Source of the DNA: Ginkgo biloba
Taxonomy: Eukaryota > Plantae > Ginkgophyta
Reading direction: 5' to 3'
Assembly (NCBI GenBank): GCA_024626585.2
Contig: JANKJI020000002.1
Location: 125,835,605 to 125,854,844, forward strand
DNA: 19,240 nucleotides
Below the pieces are notes generated by a model. It made no database searches. It was not told the origin of the DNA and saw only the letters and a program-made list of their open reading frames with translations. Positions 11,844 through 19,240 of this stretch are shown here, in pieces. The position numbers and the translations under genes are program-made. How positions within the stretch are numbered: position 1 is the stretch's first letter; every line of letters starts with the position of its first letter.

Positions 11844-12448
11844 TGATTGATGATGAACAACACACACTCCTACAATGCCCAATGTACAATTACATATGTA
11901 ATGAGTATAAGATAGTTGAAGACAATGACAACTTACAACAACTACCGGCAACAAATAAAGATAATAAATTAGGAGACCTAATAATAGAGATCATAGAACA
12001 CCCACTAACATTGTTGATGTAATTGACCTCATCAAGGTTTGATAGACCCAAGTGGTCTATAAGTGGAAAGTTAAAAGATAAAAAAAAAAAAATCCCTTGG
12101 TCTTCAAGGATTCAAACTATAAAAGTTTAGTAATGTGGGAATATGATTAGAAATGTCCCAGTAAAGGTAGTGATTTGACTATTTATTGGGGCAACAAACT
12201 AGGTCAATAGAGAAATCCATTATGAAGGCTAATATATAGATTTCAAAACTCATTGAAGTTCTTTCCCTCTCTTCTTAAGAATTGCATTGCTAAGTGAACT
12301 AAACTTTACTCTCTCAATGTGTTTTAATTTAATATTCAATCATTGAAGNNNNNNNNNNNNNNNNNNNNNNNNNNNNNNNNNNNNNNNNNNNNNNNNNNNN
12401 NNNNNNNNNNNNNNNNNNNNNNNNNNNNNNNNNNNNNNNNNNNNNNNN

Positions 12449-14470
12449 GATGTCTTGGTAAATCCAGCATCCACCCACTGAATTGGAGCAAGGTCATTGT
12501 TGTTTTTTGCATTGAGCCAGCTCATCTGTAGCTTAAATGGATTCAAAGAGGCAACCCTTTGAATGAGTGCATAAAACCGAGGCATTCCATCATCATCATC
12601 ATATACAGCCCAAATCTGATTTTCCTTAAAGCATTCTTCCGTCCGGTCCTTATCAAAGTCGTAAAAGTCAGGATCTGGGACAGTTATAGAGACTGCATCA
12701 ACACTTTTGGCAGTTGAGTTCGCTACAGGGTCACCTGACTCCACAGAACCTTCCAATTTGATTTCTTTTTTCTCATGGTGTGGTAACGGCTCCTGTGCCT
12801 TGTTTTGAGCTTTCTTGATCTCATGTGCAGCTATCCTTGCCTCTTCCTCGGCCACCGCTACCACTGCATCATCTGCTTTTGCGGCTGCAGCATCTGCCTT
12901 TGCGGCTCTAGCTTTTCCTGCAACCCTTTCATTCTCCCTGAGTCTCTTTCTGATTTCCATCCTTGCTTTCTCCATCAACAAGTTACGGAGCTCCTGTGCT
13001 GACAAATCCTTGTTCAATGTGGTAGAATTCAGCCTAACAGTTGGTTTGCAAAATTTATTCATGTCTGGGACCTTTGCATTACAGGTTTCCCACACTCCTG
13101 CTTTCTGCTGCTCTTTTACTGGTCCATTCAGTCCATTATCCATCTCTGCTTCAACACTGTCAATTTTGTAATCAACAGTCTTCCTACTGCGAGAAGTTTT
13201 CCGATTTGAATTGCCCAATGCACCTGTTCCATCATTCCTCATCATGGCAATGTNNNNNNNNNNNNNNNNNNNNNNNCTTCGTCATCACTGTCATCATCAG
13301 ACTCGCTACCAGCTCGGCGCTTTCTTTTCTTTCTGGGCCTCTCTGCACCCTTGGCAGCTGCCATTTGCTCCGAACCTGCCTGCTCATAACCAGCATAAAA
13401 GTTCCCAGACATATCTCTTGTATATTTGTCACTAGTGGGTCTCTTACATTGGCCATGCTTCTTCCGCATTTCATCCTTCTTTGCTGCCGCTTGAGCCTCC
13501 TCACGCTGTTTCCGTACTTTCTCATAAGTCTGCTGCACAACATTGGCAGCTGCAGCAGCAGCAGATGATGATGCTGTAGCACTGGCTGCACCAGCTGTTC
13601 TTGAGAATGGACTCCATCCATAGTTCACATTATGGTAGGATTCAACTCTTGGCCCATTTGCAAATCCTGCACTACCCATGCCAGGAACTGAGGGGACCTT
13701 TCCGTAAGTAGCATGGCTAGGATATTGTTGGTGCTCTTGGGTACTCCGGGAAGAAAAGGACCATGGGTAGGAAGATGCATTCGATCCATTCATGGGATTT
13801 GCAGTTGTCTCTACAGCATGGAAGGGCTTCTGACAATTCGGGCACAATAGATTGTGATTCACGTACATGCGGTGATACTCGTATTGCATTTTGCACGATG
13901 GGCATGCAGTCCAAAAGGTTGCTGCCTTCTGTTGATGATGAGGGGGAGGGGGCGGAGCGGGAGGTGTTGGGCGAGGGGCAGCCCTTTGAGTATTAGTGGA
14001 GGATGCCGTAGAATGGGAGAAATTGTAGAACCCATTAACAGAGACATTAACATCAGGAGAAGGGGTGGGTTTTTGTGGCTGTACAGGTTTCTGCTGAAAT
14101 CCTTTGGGGTTTCTCTTCTGGTCGTAACATAATCTCTTGACCTTATCTGAGAGCACGCTCCAAGCCTCTGAAATAAGTTTAAATGCCCCATCTGCTCCTA
14201 TAGACTTATTCTTATCAGGATGAAGCAGGAGGGCAAGTTTCCTGTACTGTTTCTTTACAACCGCGTCGTCTGCAAAGGCATTCACATGGAGAATTCCATA
14301 CCAATCCATATCCCCATTTATTTTATTCTCTGCAGCGATGTGAACCTCTAGAACATCCAGCATCTGGGACAGGCCCTCCAACCCAGGGTACAAATGATGT
14401 GCCTTTAGGGCAAATTTCTTAGCCCCCACAAGGTCTTTCGAGGCAAATTTTCTCTCTGCAATCTCCTTCC
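12449..14470 (-). CDS. Plant DnaJ (J-domain) + zinc-ribbon + DUF3444 protein, main coding segment (N-terminal ~10 codons missing; contains a 23-N gap)
   Basis: Reads KEIAERKFASKDLVGAKKFALKA from 14468, upstream of the GTG start the ORF track uses at 14429. This is followed by the J domain DWYGIL..KKQYRKLALLLHPDKNK..GAFKLISEAWSVLSD, then TFWTACPSC..LLCPNCQKPF, VVQQTYEKVRKQREEAQAA and the DUF3444 start VPDPDFYDFDKDRTEECFKENQIWAVYDDDDGMPRFYALI. ORFs 13242-14429 and 12340-13245 join across the gap at 13254-13276. The family is recognised from motifs and resembles Arabidopsis AT5G53150-type proteins; no search was run. Confidence 0.92.
13809..13919 (-). other. C4 zinc-ribbon (CxxC...CxxC) typical of this J-protein family
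   Basis: TFWTACPSCKMQYEYHRMYVNHNLLCPNCQKPFHAVE. Confidence 0.85.
14121..14306 (-). other. J domain with intact HPD motif
   Basis: Runs from DWYGILHV to KRLCYD; the HPD codons are at 14222-14214. Confidence 0.92.
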
Positions 14471-15173
14471 CTGGAATATTATCTATATTTGTATCCCCGA
14501 GCTTTTCGTGTATTCTATTTTACTAATATGATATATAAATATTATATTAGGTTGCACAGTGGGGCTTCTTGATCGCGCGTCGCGTTGTGTATGGTATTAA
14601 AAAGGGACACGCAATGTCTCTCTCATCGCAAGTGGAGTGCGGATTCAACGTCATACAAGTCAAGTCACTTTCTCAACATGAACGGAGAAGGCGGAGGAAG
14701 CTCATCGCATGGGGGGCGAGCCTAGAGGAAGTGGAGTAATCTAATGTTGCAATTTCAAATATATTTATCAATCATTTGATTGTGCATTTTGACATAAATT
14801 TTAAAAATATTTTGGGGATGTGTTTTTGTTGTCAATTGTAGTAATCATGTGGCATTTGCCGTCTAAATAGATTATTTCTTAGAAAGCAACTTGCAAATGT
14901 TGTTTTGAAAAGGCTATGACATATGAAACATAAAATTAGATTGTATCTTCTACATATTGGTTGGCTTTTTTTTTCTTGTTTTGTTTGTTCTTTTCTTTTC
15001 CAATATTAATGAAAAACGTATTAAGATGTGGGTTGTTGAAATGTTGATATGCTAATGGAATGACAGGTGTACANNNNNNNNNNNNNNNNNNNNNNNNNNN
15101 NNNNNNNNNNNNNNNNNNNNNNNNNNNNNNNNNNNNNNNNNNNNNNNNNNNNNNNNNNNNNNNNNNNNNNNNN

Positions 15174-16200
15174 ACCTACAGTAAATTTAAACCTGAGTCC
15201 TTTCAACCAACCAGGAACTGATACTTCACTATGCGTTGGGTACTCTCCGATCATTTCAACCTAAAAGAAGTGCTCTCAAAATTAAACACAATCCTTTCCC
15301 TTGCCAATTTTCAAAATATAAAAATTACAAATTCAGTTGAAAAAGGTTTCATATCGTCGAGAAAATACCTCTATCATCAGAGAATGCAGAGCCTGGTATA
15401 AACCAGAAATCGAGATCCTGCTCCGAACCAAGAAAATAAAATCCCCACAAATTTCGCATGCTCTGACTGTGCATTAACCCCTGGTTACGAAATCCTTCGC
15501 ATGCTCTGACTGCATATTAAACCCTGGTTACGAAATCCTTTGCATTCACTCCATGAATGTCAAGATAAAGCGAAACCCACTAACCATTACTCGTCCAAAA
15601 CTACACCATGGCCTCAAAAGTCTCTGCCATGGCAGATATATCTTTGAAACCCAAAAAAAGACAAAATAAACACAAAAATAAAGCTTTCAACTTGGGTCCA
15701 ACCCAATACTAAAACAGCCACTAAATACCGTTTTCAACCTTGATCTGCGCGAACCAACTTGAAAGGCATGCCCAAGTTCTTCAATTACAATGGACTCTAA
15801 CCAACCCTTTGCAATTGCTGCCTCGTGCCCAAACCCTATGCAGATCGATCTTGATTTACAGACGACCTAGATTGGCAAGAATAAATTCAAATGTTTGCTG
15901 CGGACAAGCAGAATTGTATGGAGATGATGTATGCAGAGAAAAATGTTAAACATGAAAAAACTTCTGTCGGCAAATCTCCGTTACTACCATCTCCATAACC
16001 AAACCTTGCCATTGTCAGTTCCATTCCCGTTCGCATTTCTAGTACTTCTCAAATCAAAACTCCAAACCCATAACTGGATTTCTTTTAACCACTCGTGTGG
16101 AAAGGGTTTCTGTTCCCCCTCTAAAAACAAAATTAAACTCCCGTTACTAGGTTTTAAAAGCAAGATCAACTACAAACAAATTGCATATAATAGGGAATGG
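15174..16200 (-). promoter_or_regulatory. Probable 5' UTR / leader-intron region of the DnaJ gene
   Basis: Non-repetitive sequence that retains CpG and is T/G-rich on the minus strand. It has a strong acceptor CTTCTTTTAG|GTT at 15261 and candidate donors AG|GTATTT at 15368 and CG|GTATTT at 15728. Boundaries are approximate. Confidence 0.45.
15453..15545. repeat. 43-bp tandem duplication (2 copies plus a 7-bp partial)
   Basis: 15453-15495 ttcgcatgctctgactgtgcattaacccctggttacgaaatcc versus 15496-15538 ttcgcatgctctgactgcatattaaaccctggttacgaaatcc, 39/43 identical. Confidence 0.95.
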
Positions 16201-18819
16201 TTAAAATAGAAACGGTGCCTTTTGCCTATTGATTTGCAATAGAAATGTGGCAATTTAAATTAAGGGGAAAAAAACACCCCTCGATGAGGGCAACAAAGTT
16301 TATTTTAGGCTTTACCCCTCAACTTGTGGTTAGGTTATAGCGACCTTTTTCACCCTTTTCCCTCCTTGTGTGGATGTAAGCACTTGAGCATAAGGTCATA
16401 GGGTTCCTTAGGAAGGCTTAGGTTGGGTTGGGTTGGGTTAGGTGACTCTTATTTAGACAATTCTAGATATTAGTAGTGATTTCACTATAAATAGGTTTTT
16501 ATTTACTTCTTTATTTTATGTCCCCTCGTGGGACCCACCTAAGGGAGGAGAGAAAAGGAAAGAAATGAGAATAGGTTCCAAGTTAGAGTTANNNNNNNNN
16601 NNNNNNNNNNNNNNNNNNNNNNNNNNNNNNNNNNNNNNGGGAGATATTTTATTAATTATATTTACTTAATTTAATGAATGAGGTGGGCCTAATAATAATG
16701 GAAGAATAGAGTTCCTTTTTAGCATCATTATAATGAGTGTGACTAGATAAACATTTAGTTAGAGTTGCTACATGTGATAAGGTAAAAAAATTCAGGGAGG
16801 CAAGTGGCACGTGTTTATTCATTATTACATGTAGGTTAATCTTATAATAAGGGGGTTAATCAGCGAAGGGAAGGACCACACAAAATACCCTTCAATATCT
16901 TTGAGTAGGTCCAATTTTATAGATGCTTCTAGATTATTCTTATTCAATGCATTTATTTTAATTAAAATTATGTATTATATTCGTAACAAAAAATATTTAC
17001 AACATGTATTTAAAGTTAATTAGACAAATATGCTAAATTATTTTGAGCATGACGATCAAAACCTGACTTGGCAATGTACGTTGCTATGGTACCTCATTAC
17101 ACATTAGCTAATTTAGTACATCAACTTTTGAAGAGTAATTATGTATATATATATGATATTCTCTTCCTTTGCAATGCATTCACCAGAGATATTGCTTCTA
17201 CATTTGTTTTTGTAATGTCCATGTGTTTGTCACTTATTTACATATTATTTTGCACTTACTAATCATAGTCGTTACAGAGAAACTTTATCACATTGAGGTG
17301 TTTTTGGATATATTCCCTTAAGATTGTATTCTTAATAATTCCACTAAGTCACTTATAAGACAATTAATATCATTTAACAATATTTTTTTCAAGATACTGT
17401 ATGTTTGGGATGATCCTTTTGTATTACTCTTATGACAAACTTCCTACTTTTTAGAAATTTATTTATTTTCTTAGTCTTTAAATGAGCATTATAGTTCTTT
17501 AATAAATCTCCATTGTATTTGAGGATGGGAGTGTTTTCTTCACAAATGTTTGGAGTTTTATTCTATCTAGGCTTCTCATAAGAAGTATCTTATTCTAGAG
17601 TTTTATTTTGTCAGAGTTATTAGTTAATATTTGTCTTAAAAAATCCTTAAAAGATGTATTATTGCATCTTATGCACTTGTAAGCACTCCAAAAGACCTAT
17701 TCAAGTATATCCTCTAAGGCTTTATAAATAAACCATGGAAAAATGCATGGTATACACAATCTTTTCAAATGGTGAATCAAATCCCTTAATTATATTATAT
17801 TAGTCTATATTACTCCAAATTGCATCATATGCTTTTCAAGTAGAATGAAGTCCTCAAATTGGGATATAATGATCAAAATAGTTATGAGCTTATAAGGATC
17901 TAATGATGTGTTATAGTTTATGGATCGTTACAGAACAATCCTAAAAATGTGTGTGAAAGACTTAAGTAGATGTAATTACTTGAAACAAAGATCCCTTTGT
18001 GCTTCTAAATGTTCACAAATGGTTGTCTAAGCTGATTAGACGTGAAGCGATCTCAGTTGTTGAGTANNNNNNNNNNNNNNNNNNNNNNNNNNNNNNNNNN
18101 NNNNNNNNNNNNNNNNNNNNNNNNNNNNNNNNNNNNNNNNNNNNNNNNNNNNNNNNNNNNNNNNNNAAGAGAAGTTAAAATATGATAGTCCCTAGTGGCA
18201 GAGAAAGAGTGACTGCAAGCATAATCTAATGATGCTACCATGATTTTCTAGTCGAGAATTAAGGACTAAAAAAAAAATTACCTCTTGAGGTAAGGTTAGC
18301 AGATTAGATTCACTCCCATCCAACTGAACCCCAAAATACTAATAGACGAGCCAACGAGAGTACATGTTGAAAAAAGTGATAGAAGTTAGTTTTTAAATGN
18401 NNNNNNNNNNNNNNNNNNNNNNNNNNNNNNNNNNNCATTATTTATTCTATGATTTTCAAAAGAGAAGATACTTAAGTATCAGCTTAAGAACCTACTATAA
18501 GACTTTGTGTATTTGAATAATGGTGAAGAAGACTTGATTAAGCTGTATGATGTTGCAAGTCCTTTAGACAAAAAAATATTAACCAAAGATTTTATGATAG
18601 GGTCCTTTGTTCCAGAGGACCTCACCTTCCTAGTTAACATGGTAATAAAAAATATTCACTTGTAAGAATTCATATATATGATACAAAATGAATGATGGTG
18701 GGGTGATAATACGGAAGAGTATAATACCTTATTGAAATAAGCACCATATGAGATGCGTAGAAACTCAGGGATGTGGGAGGATACAGAGTATGATATCCCC
18801 AAAGTTTCCATGGAAAGCC

Positions 18820-19240
18820 ATAAATATTATTTGTAGGAATATGAAGGGACCTAGGTATATTTGGAGAAGTTGAAGATTAGGTTATAGAATGGAATTCTAA
18901 AAAATGTTAACTCTAGGATTAGGCTATGGGTTCCATTCAATAAAGGACCAAAGAACTCAACCATGATATTTTCTTAGTTATTGGAGAGCTATGGAGGATT
19001 AAGGTCTATCAGAATGCCCTACATAAAGATGATGAATTAGTAGATAAAATAAAGGAAGCATGGTGAAGGTGGGTTAGAATAATATATTTTTTCCATCCTA
19101 TTCTTTAGCCATTTCTTAAAGGCATTGGTGAGCCTAAACTAGTATATTAGTCTAGGAAATGGTTGAGTATTCCTCACAATAATGAGGTAAATTGGGGTGA
19201 GGTGCCTAGTGGCCACAACCTCTAGAAAATTATGCGTTAC
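18820..19240 (+). mobile_element. Decayed LINE endonuclease N-terminus remnant
   Basis: NIICRNMKGP at 18823 (cf. II.WNVRGL), a frameshifted QET-like segment near 18950 and GEGGL near 19062 (cf. G..GGL). Confidence 0.45.

Noticed and set aside
13242-13280. Apparent frameshift or two separate genes (395-aa and 301-aa ORFs)
   Set aside because: The frame change coincides with a 23-N estimated gap in an acidic low-complexity tract. Any true gap length divisible by 3 restores one ORF (..SDDE..DIAMMRND..).
12805-14191. Antisense and alternate-frame ORFs over the DnaJ CDS (e.g. 12815-13171, 13041-13568, 13854-14132)
   Set aside because: These are shadow ORFs of a GC-richer coding region with no recognisable motifs.
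15530-15554. ATG GAG TG.. on the minus strand resembling the missing MEC start
   Set aside because: It reads ATG GAG TGA (stop), similarity does not continue in frame, and it overlaps the tandem repeat; most likely chance.
17350-17760. Possible minus-strand LINE endonuclease remnant (PWFI.., RSLDRI)
   Set aside because: The motifs are too degraded to support as a feature without a profile search.
1161-18241. Numerous 60-130 aa ORFs spanning N-runs or AT-rich DNA
   Set aside because: Their lengths are inflated by gaps or non-ATG starts, and they show no coding-like motifs.

Overview
Eukaryotic land-plant nuclear DNA (AT-rich and CpG-depleted, gymnosperm-like, but the species cannot be read from the sequence) from a fragmented scaffold with 18 N-gaps, 9 of them fixed 100-N placeholders. 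There is one clear gene, on the minus strand at about 14470->11471. It encodes a plant J-domain (DnaJ/HPD) + C4 zinc-ribbon + DUF3444 protein. Its readable coding sequence has no internal stops, but it is broken twice by 500-600 bp of unrelated DNA followed by a 100-N gap. One break removes the first ~10 codons and the other splits DUF3444. Upstream (15174-16200) is a probable spliced 5' leader containing a 43-bp tandem duplication. Downstream (9559-10951) is a chain of short GT-AG introns and tiny, mostly non-coding exons, which could be a multi-intron 3' UTR, an alternative C-terminus or an NMD module. The flanks are mainly decayed L1-type LINE remnants plus a 17-bp minisatellite. I found no rRNA, tRNA, CRISPR array or intact mobile element, and no solid evidence for a wholly new multi-gene system. 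The best leads are the spliced 3' tail and the two interruptions, which may be assembly artefacts.
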